Origin: an uncultured Anaerolineales bacterium
GTDB lineage: Bacteria; Chloroflexota; Anaerolineae; UBA7937; B3-Chlor
NCBI GenBank assembly: GCA_964433755.1
Contig: CAYSSR010000002.1
Coordinates: forward strand, 81,419 to 145,418
DNA: 64,000 nt
Reading direction: 5' to 3'
In this document: positions 18,605 to 27,449 of the stretch, piece after piece
Numbering within the stretch: the first letter of the stretch is position 1
Layout of the letters: every line of letters begins with the position of its first letter
Program-made: the position numbers and the translations under genes
The notes under the pieces: model-generated
Told to the model about the DNA's origin: nothing
What the model saw: the letters and a program-made list of their open reading frames with translations, nothing else
Databases searched by the model: none

Positions 18605-19954
18605 GTGACGGTTCAAGCGGTGATACTCTCGGGTGGGGCAGGCGAAAGGGCGTTTCCCTTGAGCGCTGGTAAGCCCAAACCCATGTTCGAGTTGCTCGGA
18701 AGGCCGCTGCTCGCGTACGTGATCGACAATCTGAAGCTGGCCGGTATCCACGACTTGATCATCGTCACCGGGCCTGATTCCGACGAGATTCGAGACTATT
18801 TCGCGGACGGCGACGATCTCGGGGTGCAGATACGATACACGACGCAGGAACAGCCTCTAGGCATGGCCAACGCCCTCAAGTCGGCTGAGCACCTGCTCGA
18901 AGAGTCCTTCTTCATGCTGAACGGCAACGATGTCTTCGAGCCACACTTGCTGAGCAGGGTCCTGGAGCATGCACAGTCAAGTGGTGGCGACCTCGTGCTG
19001 GTAGGCCGTGACATGGACCAACCGTGGAAGTTTGGAGTCTTCGAGTTCACAGACGGCAAGGTAACCGCGGTCGTGGAGAAGCCCCCTATGGGCCAAGAGC
19101 CCAGCAACACCGTCGTCGTCGGCGTCTACTTCTTCTCCAAGCTCATCTTCGACTACATAGACCGCACCCCCCTTTCCAACTACCAGCTCGAAGCAGCGTA
19201 CCAGCGCCTCATCGACGAGGGCAATGTCGAGTTCGTACCGTACGAGGGGGTGTTCGAGTCCTTCAAATACCCGTGGGACTTGCTGACCATCAACGAGTTT
19301 CTGATGGCCAGATACGTCACCGCACCAAGGATCAGCCAGCAGGCCAAGATATCTGACAGGGCGGTCATAGACGGCAACGTGATCATCGAAGACGGCGTGA
19401 GGGTCTTCGAGAACGCCGTCGTCCGCGGACCGGCGTACATCGGGCCAAACAGCGTGATCGGTAACAACGTCTTGATCTGGAACCACACCTCCATCGCCGC
19501 CAACTCCGTGGTAGGCTTCTCCTCAGAGATCAAGCGCTCGCTGGTAGGAAGCAACTGCTGGATTCACATGTCGTACGTGGGCGACTCCGTCATCTCCGAC
19601 GGTTGCTCTCTTGGCGCCGGCACCATCACCGCGAACTATCGCTTCGACGAAGGCCACGTCAAAGTCAATGTGGGAGGGGAACCCGTTTCCTCTGGTAGCG
19701 ACAAGCTGGGCGCTTTCATGGGACCCGACTGCAAGACTGGCTGCAATGCGACCTTGATGCCCGGTGTCAAGGTCGGTCCCCACAGCATCGTCGGACCTGG
19801 CGTGTTGCTGGGTGATGACCTGCCGCCGGATTCACTCATACTGGGTCCAGCGCCCTACACAACGACCAAGAACGTGATCGAGGTTTCGGCGCAGGCCAAA
19901 CAGAACAAGATGAAGACGCTTCGCGAGAGAACGCGTAGCGAATCAGAGACCTAG
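18605..19954 (+). CDS. Sugar-1-phosphate nucleotidyltransferase with C-terminal left-handed beta-helix domain
   Basis: AVILSGGAGERAFPLSAGKPKPMFELLGRPLL (NTP-transferase signature) plus hexapeptide-repeat-rich C-terminal half. GTG start follows GGGGAGG. Confidence 0.75.
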   Translation: MTVQAVILSGGAGERAFPLSAGKPKPMFELLGRPLLAYVIDNLKLAGIHDLIIVTGPDSDEIRDYFADGDDLGVQIRYTTQEQPLGMANALKSAEHLLEESFFMLNGNDVFEPHLLSRVLEHAQSSGGDLVLVGRDMDQPWKFGVFEFTDGKVTAVVEKPPMGQEPSNTVVVGVYFFSKLIFDYIDRTPLSNYQLEAAYQRLIDEGNVEFVPYEGVFESFKYPWDLLTINEFLMARYVTAPRISQQAKISDRAVIDGNVIIEDGVRVFENAVVRGPAYIGPNSVIGNNVLIWNHTSIAANSVVGFSSEIKRSLVGSNCWIHMSYVGDSVISDGCSLGAGTITANYRFDEGHVKVNVGGEPVSSGSDKLGAFMGPDCKTGCNATLMPGVKVGPHSIVGPGVLLGDDLPPDSLILGPAPYTTTKNVIEVSAQAKQNKMKTLRERTRSESET

Positions 19955-19970
19955 GAGAGGAGGTCCGCAG

Positions 19971-21227
19971 CTGGACACGGAGAGTTCTATAGAACTACTG
20001 CTCATCGGCGTATCGTTGCTGCTCACTGCATTTGCGGCAGCCGCGGAGGCAGCGGTGGCATCAGCTAATCCCTTCCGCGTGAAGAGGATGGCCAAAGACG
20101 AGGTGCCAGGTGCGTTGCGGTTGGACAGCATACTCGAGCGCGAGGAGTGGCATCTGTCCGCACTACTGATCCTGAAGAACTCCGCCCTCATCGTGGCCGC
20201 TTGTCTGACCACGGTGCTGGGCCTCAGTTATGTACCACAGTGGAGCATCGTCGTAGCCATCATCTCCCTGACCTTGCTCGTGTTATTCCTGTGCCGGCTC
20301 ATCCCTCGCGCCTGGGCCATGCGAGCCCCGGAAAGTGCCGCTCTGACCCTGGCCAGACCGATAGAGCTGCTGACGCTCGTACTGTACCCCTTTGTCCGTG
20401 TGTTCAGAGCGCTAACCGAGTCCCTGATCAACGGGGCGGGACGCACTGAAACGTCCAAGGACGCCGCAGACATCGAGGCCGAGCTCCGCCTGTTCATCGA
20501 CGCTGGCGAAGAGGAAGGGTACATCGAGGAAGACGAGAGGGAGATGATCGCCAGCATCTGCGACTTCGATGCCACCCTGGTCAGAGAGATCATGGTCCCG
20601 CGTATAGACATGGTTGCGCTGGAAGTAGGGTCCTCGATCGAGGAGGCGTTGGACGTCATCGTAGAGAGCGGCTACTCGCGGATACCTATCTACGAAGGCG
20701 CCATAGAGAGCATCATAGGCATTCTGAATGCCAAGGACCTGCTCGCTCACCTGAGAGAGAAGGATACCTCACAATCAGGCGTGCGCGAGCTTCTGCGCCC
20801 TGCACATTTCGTGCCCGAGACGAACAAAGTGGGTGAGGTTCTGGAAGAGCTTCAGGACGAGCACATACAGATGGCTATCGTCGTCGATGAGTATGGCGGG
20901 ACCGCCGGACTGGTGACCGTGGAGGACGCTCTCGAAGAGATCGTGGGCGAGATCGAGGACGAATACGACACGGCTGAGCCCTTCTGCGAGATGATCAGCG
21001 AGAAAGAGGCTGTGTTCAACGCCCGCATGGATCTGGACGACGTGAACAGGCTCATGAGGACCGACCTACCCACGGAAGACACGGACACCCTGGGTGGTCT
21101 GATCTACTCCAAGCTCGGAGGCGTGCCCAAGGTAGGCGACACGGTGGCACTCGACGGAGTGACGATCACCGTGCTGTCCCTGCTAGGTCATCGTATCAAG
21201 AAAGTAAGAGTCGTGAGAGATGAGTGA
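19971..21227 (+). CDS. CNNM/DUF21 - CBS pair - CorC_HlyC family membrane protein (hemolysin/Mg-Co efflux-like); start uncertain
   Basis: LLLTAFAAAAEAAVAS (DUF21 TM1 motif), CBS region IMVPRIDMV..., GYSRIPIY, and the C-terminal CorC_HlyC module. The track start TTG 20016 truncates TM1. An in-frame CTG at 19971 lies 7 nt after GGAGG. Confidence 0.75.
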   Translation: MDTESSIELLLIGVSLLLTAFAAAAEAAVASANPFRVKRMAKDEVPGALRLDSILEREEWHLSALLILKNSALIVAACLTTVLGLSYVPQWSIVVAIISLTLLVLFLCRLIPRAWAMRAPESAALTLARPIELLTLVLYPFVRVFRALTESLINGAGRTETSKDAADIEAELRLFIDAGEEEGYIEEDEREMIASICDFDATLVREIMVPRIDMVALEVGSSIEEALDVIVESGYSRIPIYEGAIESIIGILNAKDLLAHLREKDTSQSGVRELLRPAHFVPETNKVGEVLEELQDEHIQMAIVVDEYGGTAGLVTVEDALEEIVGEIEDEYDTAEPFCEMISEKEAVFNARMDLDDVNRLMRTDLPTEDTDTLGGLIYSKLGGVPKVGDTVALDGVTITVLSLLGHRIKKVRVVRDE

Positions 21228-21651
21228 TCAGGAATCGACAGCAGAGTTGATAGCCCTGGCCAGGAAGGCACGCGATCGAGCCTATGCGCCCTACTCGCGA
21301 TTTCGCGTGGGTGCCGCGCTACGCACCGTCTCAGGGCGGCTGTATAGTGGCTGCAACGTCGAGAACGCATCGTATGGCCTGAGCATCTGCGCCGAGCGGG
21401 TGGCCATCTTCAAGGCCCTGTCCGAAGGAGAGTGCGAGTTCGAGGCCCTGGCCGTGGTCAGTGAGACGCTGGCCAGTCCCTGTGGCGCATGCCGTCAAGT
21501 CATGGCCGAGTTTGGACTGGATACGAAGGTGATCGTTGCCGACCTGAGTGCTGGTCAGCAGGTATTCACAGTGGGCGATCTGCTGCCAGCCGCTTTCACA
21601 CCCTCTTCCCTGCCTCAACCCCGGGGCTCAAACCAGGAAGACGCCAGCTAG
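21220..21651 (+). CDS. cdd: Cytidine deaminase
   Basis: YAPYSRFRVGAAL, zinc motifs CAERVA and PCGACRQVM. Confidence 0.9.
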   Translation: MSDQESTAELIALARKARDRAYAPYSRFRVGAALRTVSGRLYSGCNVENASYGLSICAERVAIFKALSEGECEFEALAVVSETLASPCGACRQVMAEFGLDTKVIVADLSAGQQVFTVGDLLPAAFTPSSLPQPRGSNQEDAS

Positions 21652-21706
21652 CTGGTGTTCTCCTGGCCCACCGGCGATCCACGAAGAGCGCCGGCACACG
21701 ACGGAG

Positions 21707-22105
21707 ATGATAGAGATCCCAAGGCCATTCCTCTCAGAGATGATCGACCATGCCCGGCAAGAGGCTCCTGACGAGGCCTGTGGCATCCTCGCCGGCCAGG
21801 AGGATCGAGTCTTACAGCTCTACAGGGCGAAGAACGCCGATCGTAGCCCCACGTCGTACCGTTTGGATCCGAAGGAGCAGTACCGGATCTTCGAGGACAT
21901 GGAAGTGAGAGGCTGGGAGTTGGTCGGCATCTACCACTCCCACCCCGCCACCGTGGCGATTCCCTCAGACGTAGACCAGAACCAAGCGCGGTACCCAGAA
22001 TCCTCTTACGTTCTCGTCTCGCTCGAGGACCCGGACAACCCTCAAGTCAGGTCCTTCCGCATTGTAGATGGGCAGGTGACAGAAGAGGACATCGTGGTCA
22101 CTTGA
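21707..22105 (+). CDS. JAMM/MPN+ family metallopeptidase (Mov34/PAD-1)
   Basis: EACGILAG and the JAMM motif HSHPATVAIPSDVD. Start set to ATG 21707 (MIEIPRPF). Confidence 0.8.
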   Translation: MIEIPRPFLSEMIDHARQEAPDEACGILAGQEDRVLQLYRAKNADRSPTSYRLDPKEQYRIFEDMEVRGWELVGIYHSHPATVAIPSDVDQNQARYPESSYVLVSLEDPDNPQVRSFRIVDGQVTEEDIVVT

Positions 22106-22130
22106 CCCTGGCTTGGCATGCCGCTAGAAT
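22102..22130 (+). promoter_or_regulatory. Putative promoter (-35 TTGACC, 17 nt, -10 TAGAAT) overlapping the JAMM stop codon
   Basis: TTGACC at 22102-22107 and TAGAAT at 22125-22130. The next recognisable start codon is more than 220 nt downstream. Confidence 0.5.
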
Positions 22131-22351
22131 CTGTCTCGTTGGAGTACCAGATCCTCGAATCGTGACAACGTAACAGGACGTAGCCGAGAAGAGAGACTGT
22201 CGGGGTCACATCACGAAGAGGGCAGCATCTTCTGACCTAAGCCGTGAGTGGCGTGGTGAGTGCCGTCTCTCGATGATCCCAGATCGCCGTCAGTATCCAC
22301 AACGCTGAGATAGGACCAGCATCCACGGCAGCCGTCTCCGGTGCCCACACT

Positions 22352-23179
22352 GTGCAGAATGGGCTGAGGACCCACCTCCAAATGCACGAAGAGCATGGGT
22401 GCACGCTTAGAGGATCGCTTGCGCGCGCGAGACAGGAGTGGCAGTACCTGAGGCGGCGCCAGTGGACCCTGCAAGAAGTGGGGCGGTTCTGGAGCTCCGT
22501 CACCGACTACGACGACATCAATGAGAACACCTATTCCTACTACCGCCGCTTCACCAACTCGTTCGAGTTGGCAGGGGACTCCATCGACCGCGACAACGTT
22601 ACCCTGGACATTCAATCGCGAACGGGTCAGGGCACGGCCTTCTGGGCAGAGCGGGGATACGTGCGCAAGGCTCACGTGGTCGACTTCTCGGACAGGATGC
22701 TCGCCATAGCATCGTCCCGCCTATCTCAGATGGAAATCGACTTCGAAACCCACCTGGTGCATAGCTTCCCGCTTCCGTTTGCCGGCAACACCTTTGACCT
22801 GATACTCTGCTACGAGACCATCGAGCACCTCTCGGAGAGGGAGACGTTGGTGAGTGAATTGGCGCGCGTGCTAAGGCCCGGACACTGGATCATCCTCACG
22901 TGCCCCAACCTCCTGTGGGAACCGGCTCACTGGCTGTCGGCGATCCTCAACCTCCATCACAGTGAAGGCCCGCACAGGTTCCTCAGGCGAGCCACTCTCT
23001 TGCACCTCTTCGAGTCCAACAGGCTGGAGATCGTCCGCGAGAACTCGACGATTCTCTTGCCGTTCTCGTCCGCCTTGTCGGTATCCACCAATCAGTTCCT
23101 GGAAAGCCGGCTTCCGGAGGGTGTCAAACGGGCGATCGCTCTCCGCCGAAGCTTCGTGCTGCGCAAGCCTGATGGCTGA
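22352..23179 (+). CDS. Class I SAM-dependent methyltransferase
   Basis: Motif I-like LDIQSRTGQG and FDLILCYETIEHL...LARVLRPGHWIILTCPN. Start is either GTG 22352 or ATG 22382; neither has a clear SD. Confidence 0.7.
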   Translation: MQNGLRTHLQMHEEHGCTLRGSLARARQEWQYLRRRQWTLQEVGRFWSSVTDYDDINENTYSYYRRFTNSFELAGDSIDRDNVTLDIQSRTGQGTAFWAERGYVRKAHVVDFSDRMLAIASSRLSQMEIDFETHLVHSFPLPFAGNTFDLILCYETIEHLSERETLVSELARVLRPGHWIILTCPNLLWEPAHWLSAILNLHHSEGPHRFLRRATLLHLFESNRLEIVRENSTILLPFSSALSVSTNQFLESRLPEGVKRAIALRRSFVLRKPDG

Positions 23180-23307
23180 GTAGATGGGTTGAGGAAGGGA
23201 CGCGGTCTATGTTCGTCTCTGGCACCACTCCGGCAGGGTGAGCCAGGGGCGACGGGACAGCGCCCCGAGTACGACGTGATCGATACGCAATCATAGGGGA
23301 GACAGCC

Positions 23308-24234
23308 ATGGCTCAGTGTAGTGTAGTGGTGATCGGAGCAGCCAGTCTGGATACGAAAGGCCGGCCCAAGAAGCCCCTCGTCGGTGGCACGTCAAACCCA
23401 GGCTACATACGTATCAGTCCAGGCGGCGTCGGTCGCAACGTGGCAGAGAACCTGGCCAGATTGGGAGTGCCCACGCTCCTACTCTCCGCTGTGGGGGGTG
23501 ATCCAGTGGGCAGACACGTCCTCGGAGCGACGGAGGTCGGGGGCGTTGACGTCAGCCGCGTGATCGTCTCGTCGGATAGCCCCTCGGCCACCTTCCTTGC
23601 CGTCAACGACGAACACGGCACCCCCGTGCTATCTATCGACGACATGGCAATCATGAGTCTGGTCACCCCCAAGTACATCTACGCTCACCGACGGTGGATA
23701 AGGCAAGCCAAGATGGTTGTACTGGACGCCAATCTCAGCCCACCTGCGATCAAGTCCGCGGTCGCCCTCGCGGCCAAGTGGGACATTCCTGTCTGCGTCG
23801 ATCCCGTCTCCGTAGCTTTGGCCCCCCGGGTCAAGCCCTACCTCTCACAGCTCCACATGGTGGTACCCAATGAAGATGAGGCCCAGGTGCTGTGTGGTCT
23901 GCCGGCGAGGGACCGGTTCGAGGCCACCACTGCCGCGCAGAAGCTCGTAGCCGATGGCGTGGGCATTGCGGTCATCACTCTGGGAGACAAGGGTCTCGTC
24001 TACGCCACGTCCGACGAGAGCGGTTACATCCCCGCCATCAACATAGAAGTGATCGATCCCACGGGAGGCGGCGACGCCCTCACCGGCACCGTGGTCTTCG
24101 GGCTCGTGAACGGCTTCGCAGTAAGTGAGGCGGTCCGCCTCGGAGTCTCTGCGGCGACCTTGACCCTGACCTGCACGGACACTGTGTCCCCCCACCTGAG
24201 TCTGGACGCGCTCTATGATCGCCTCATGATCTAG
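23308..24234 (+). CDS. PfkB-family carbohydrate/nucleoside kinase (pseudouridine-kinase-like)
   Basis: VVVIGAASLD, GGVGRNVAENLARLG, and DPTGGGDALTG. Confidence 0.8.
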   Translation: MAQCSVVVIGAASLDTKGRPKKPLVGGTSNPGYIRISPGGVGRNVAENLARLGVPTLLLSAVGGDPVGRHVLGATEVGGVDVSRVIVSSDSPSATFLAVNDEHGTPVLSIDDMAIMSLVTPKYIYAHRRWIRQAKMVVLDANLSPPAIKSAVALAAKWDIPVCVDPVSVALAPRVKPYLSQLHMVVPNEDEAQVLCGLPARDRFEATTAAQKLVADGVGIAVITLGDKGLVYATSDESGYIPAINIEVIDPTGGGDALTGTVVFGLVNGFAVSEAVRLGVSAATLTLTCTDTVSPHLSLDALYDRLMI

Positions 24235-24493
24235 ACACGTCCGTCCAGGCGATGCTCACCAGAGGATTGCAGGCTGACGCACACCGGATCGCGCTTCTCT
24301 CCCGCGGACCAGCTCCCGACCCCCGATACGTCCCATCTCCTCTCCACGCTGTGGGACAGGCGCCGAAAGCAGCAGACAGCATCTGTCGCCGCCTGTAGCG
24401 GCCGAGAAGGTGTCGGCGAGATCTGTGACGGACCTCCTGCCGGGGCGATCACGTCAGGACGCCAGGCGCGATCCCAACGACCTCTTGCCCCGT

Positions 24494-24522
24494 TTGACAC
24501 ACCGCAAACACCATAGTATGAT
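24494..24522 (+). promoter_or_regulatory. Putative promoter of resB-ccsA (-35 TTGACA, 17 nt, -10 TATGAT)
   Basis: TTGACA at 24494-24499 and TATGAT at 24517-24522. Confidence 0.5.
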
Positions 24523-24619
24523 TCCACAACCGACCACGGGCTCAGCACCCTCGGACTGAGTCCTTTGCCACGGCACCCTCACGCGCTTGGGCCCTGGACA
24601 CACATCGAAGTCGATACTG

Positions 24620-26011
24620 ATGCCAATAGACATGCTGGACTCAGCGTGGCGCTTCTTCAGCTCCCGAAGGTTGACCATCGCACTCCTGGTCATCATCTTT
24701 CTCGTCGTGGCGTGCGGGGCCATCCTGCCCCAGATGCCGGACGACGTGACGGTCGGTTCCCCCCAGTATGGCCGCTGGTATGCCTCGGTCCAGGCACAGT
24801 ATCTCCAGTGGGCCGATCGTCTGTCCGGTGTAGGTCTCTTCTCGATACGTGACTCTCTGTGGTTGAAGTCACCCTTGGCGCTGCTGCTGGTCAATCTGGT
24901 GGTCTGCGCGGTCGAACAGGCGTCGACGATCCTTCGCGAGGGAAGGCTCGCCCCACGGGAGTTTGTGCAGGCCTTTCCTCCAGACTCCAAGGCCCACAGT
25001 TTTCTGTTCCAGGGAGACGCTCAGTCAGCGTTGGGGCGATTGCGCTCGCTTCTGGAAACACACGGGTACGCCGTCCACACACAGGAAGGGCTTGGTGACT
25101 TCCACCTCTGCGCACGACGTCTACACCTCGCAAGGTGGGGCATCGTGCTCGCCCACGCCGGGCTTGCTCTGATCGTCGTCAGCGCCCTCATCGGTGGACG
25201 CCTGGGTTGGCACGAGCGCGGGATTACGCTGGGGCCGGGGCAAGAGTACGAGTTCCAGCACGTAGCATCCACGAGCCTGCGCTTGGAGAGCTTTGAGGCA
25301 CAGCTATACCCCGATGGTAAGCCTCGCTGGTACGAGGCAGACGTCACTATCCTCGACAGCGGAGACGAGGCGACGAGCGCCGTCCTCACCGCGGGTTCTC
25401 CTCTCTGGCACAGGGGTATGTCTGTCCACCAGTTGTCGCACGGTCCCCTGGTCAGCATCAGAGCCGTGGACGCAGACGGCGGGCCGATCACCTTGCAGAC
25501 ACTGGGGGCCTCGAGCATGATCGTTGAAGAGGCAAGCCTCCAACTCTCCGAGGAGGAGAGGGAAGGGTACATAGCTGTGCCTACCAGGAACCTGGTCCTG
25601 CGAGCGGTCCTGCAACCGGAGGCGCTCTCTACTGGTGAAGCCTTGCCCGGCCTGCTCTTACAAGCCTATCGGGGAGGTGCCACGGACCTCGTATACAGCG
25701 CAACGCTTCAAGGCTCGGCGCGCGTGGACATCGAGGGAGACACTTACACTTTGGAATGGGGCCAGTATGCAATCATGGGCATAGCATCCGATCCGGCTTT
25801 CTCCCTGGTGCTGCTTGGTGCCGTCGCGCTGCTCGTGGGGCCGATAGCTGCCGCCTGCCGTCGACCACGCTCCGTCTGGGCAGCATTGACAGGAAGACAG
25901 GGTGTGGTGGAGATGCGACTCCTCTATAGCGGATATGCAGGCGAGATCGTCTGGGCCCATGAGCGTGACACCTTGATAGCGGAGATGGAGGAGGTCTGTC
26001 GTGGAGGCTGA
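24620..26011 (+). CDS. resB: Cytochrome c biogenesis protein ResB/Ccs1-like
   Basis: N-terminus MLDSAWRFFSSRRLTIALLVIIFLVVACGAILPQ is typical of ResB. Large soluble middle region and a C-terminal TM helix. Start is ATG 24620 or 24632. Confidence 0.7.
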   Translation: MPIDMLDSAWRFFSSRRLTIALLVIIFLVVACGAILPQMPDDVTVGSPQYGRWYASVQAQYLQWADRLSGVGLFSIRDSLWLKSPLALLLVNLVVCAVEQASTILREGRLAPREFVQAFPPDSKAHSFLFQGDAQSALGRLRSLLETHGYAVHTQEGLGDFHLCARRLHLARWGIVLAHAGLALIVVSALIGGRLGWHERGITLGPGQEYEFQHVASTSLRLESFEAQLYPDGKPRWYEADVTILDSGDEATSAVLTAGSPLWHRGMSVHQLSHGPLVSIRAVDADGGPITLQTLGASSMIVEEASLQLSEEEREGYIAVPTRNLVLRAVLQPEALSTGEALPGLLLQAYRGGATDLVYSATLQGSARVDIEGDTYTLEWGQYAIMGIASDPAFSLVLLGAVALLVGPIAAACRRPRSVWAALTGRQGVVEMRLLYSGYAGEIVWAHERDTLIAEMEEVCRGG

Positions 26012-26810
26012 CAGGGTGCTGTACTTCGCAGCCAGTTTCGCGCTCTTCGCCGTCGTCCTCCTGCGATGGATAGCCCTCTACCGGCCGCGTCGTGTCGCCG
26101 ACAGACTGCTCATTGGGACGAACCTGCTGTTCCTGGGCATCCAGGGCGTGGCCCTCTGCTTCTCCGCCTTCCAGTGGGGCCTCCTGGGCATGGCACATGC
26201 GTGGCCCAGCACCATGGTGGTCGTCGAAGGCGCTGTTCTCCTAACCTTACTGCTAGAGAACAAGGCACGAGATACTGGGGCAAGTGCAGTTGTCGCGAGT
26301 CTTGCCTTCGTCGCACACTCCTACACACTGTTGCTGGGCATCCCACCGACGCAGACTCTGGAGATCTCTCCTTTCGCGCGGAGCACCTGGTATGGCCTGT
26401 ACGTTATCAGCGCCCTCACAGCTTGCAGTGCTTACCTCTGCGCTGGAGGAGGAGCCATCGCCTATGTCCTCACGTTCATGTTCCGTGCCACCGGAGTCGC
26501 ACTGCGAGAGTCCTCACCCGCCGATTGTCTGTCTTTCGTCAGAAGAGCGCTGATGGTGGCCTTCCCGTCGTTGAGCGTCTCCGCAGTCACACATGCCCTG
26601 TGGGTCTACCTTGGCTGGGGCAGCTACTGGACCTGGCGTCCGGCACAGCTCTGGCTGCTTCTGCTGTGGCTGGTCCTGGCCATCACCCTCCACGTACCCT
26701 TCATGCGGCCCCGCCTGCGATGGACAGCTACCTTCCTATCCATCCTCGGCTGCCTCGTGGCGCTTCTGGGCTTGCCTACTATTGGCAGTGCTCTCACCGC
26801 GGTGTGGTAG
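26001..26810 (+). CDS. ccsA: CcsA/ResC-like heme-handling membrane protein with atypical Trp-rich motif
   Basis: Polytopic protein translationally overlapped with resB. WGSYWTWRPAQ sits where the WGxxWxWDPKE motif is expected, and the downstream LH motif is retained (ITLHV). Confidence 0.6.
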   Translation: MEADRVLYFAASFALFAVVLLRWIALYRPRRVADRLLIGTNLLFLGIQGVALCFSAFQWGLLGMAHAWPSTMVVVEGAVLLTLLLENKARDTGASAVVASLAFVAHSYTLLLGIPPTQTLEISPFARSTWYGLYVISALTACSAYLCAGGGAIAYVLTFMFRATGVALRESSPADCLSFVRRALMVAFPSLSVSAVTHALWVYLGWGSYWTWRPAQLWLLLLWLVLAITLHVPFMRPRLRWTATFLSILGCLVALLGLPTIGSALTAVW

Positions 26811-26933
26811 CGCCCCCCGGCAGGCGTGTCTTCCGCGGGCAGGGCACAACTCTGAGACCAAGCGCCCGCCGGCCTCCCGCAGCTGGCCTCGCGGTAGCAG
26901 ACGCTCTCCTCCGGGAGAGGGCGACCCAGCGAC

Positions 26934-27356
26934 CTACCAGAGGGCGAGCCCGGTGGCCTCGTCGTAGCTTCGCTCGGGCACGGGACCAGTGAGTGCGGTG
27001 ACGGAGAACTCACACGCGAAAGCAATCGTCCCCTCCAGCAGATGGCCGCCAAAGCACCGCCCATCCCTGTCGGCCAGGATCACGTGACAGTGAAGAAATG
27101 TTTCACCATCCTTTCTGGAGACGTTGCCGGTGAGCGAAGCGATCTCCATTCCCTCGTCGAACCACGTCTCGCGGTAGGCGCGAGCCTCGTGGTCGTAGTA
27201 CCCCACTCCACCTCTCTCCACCGCGCCGAGTGCCTCGACCCAGCCCACCGTCACACCCTCGTGGGCGCAGAACTTGGTCAGGCTTCTCAACACGTCATCG
27301 CCCCTCTCGAGCCGACCGAGGAGCACTCTCTGCCCATCGTATCCGTAGGACTTCAC
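26934..27356 (-). CDS. PPC (DUF296) domain DNA-binding-like protein
   Basis: GRLERGDDVLRSLTKFCAHEGV..., LTGNVS, and HCHVILAD...GGHL, typical of DUF296. GTG 27356 lies 7 nt after AGGAGG. Confidence 0.8.
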   Translation of the reverse strand: MKSYGYDGQRVLLGRLERGDDVLRSLTKFCAHEGVTVGWVEALGAVERGGVGYYDHEARAYRETWFDEGMEIASLTGNVSRKDGETFLHCHVILADRDGRCFGGHLLEGTIAFACEFSVTALTGPVPERSYDEATGLALW

Positions 27357-27449
27357 CCATGTACCTCCTGATCTACCTGCGACGATCCCTTCCCCCCCAG
27401 GGCGCCCAGAGACAACCGAACACTCACTCTCGCGGAAGAGAAACCGCCC

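Noticed and set aside
18477-18608. A 43-codon ORF (MDEDPPSTGSCRLPLHSG...) ending in a GTGA overlap with the nucleotidyltransferase start.
   Set aside because: It runs straight through the terminator hairpins and T-tract, has no SD, and its product is Pro/Arg/Gly-rich. RNA structure explains the region better.
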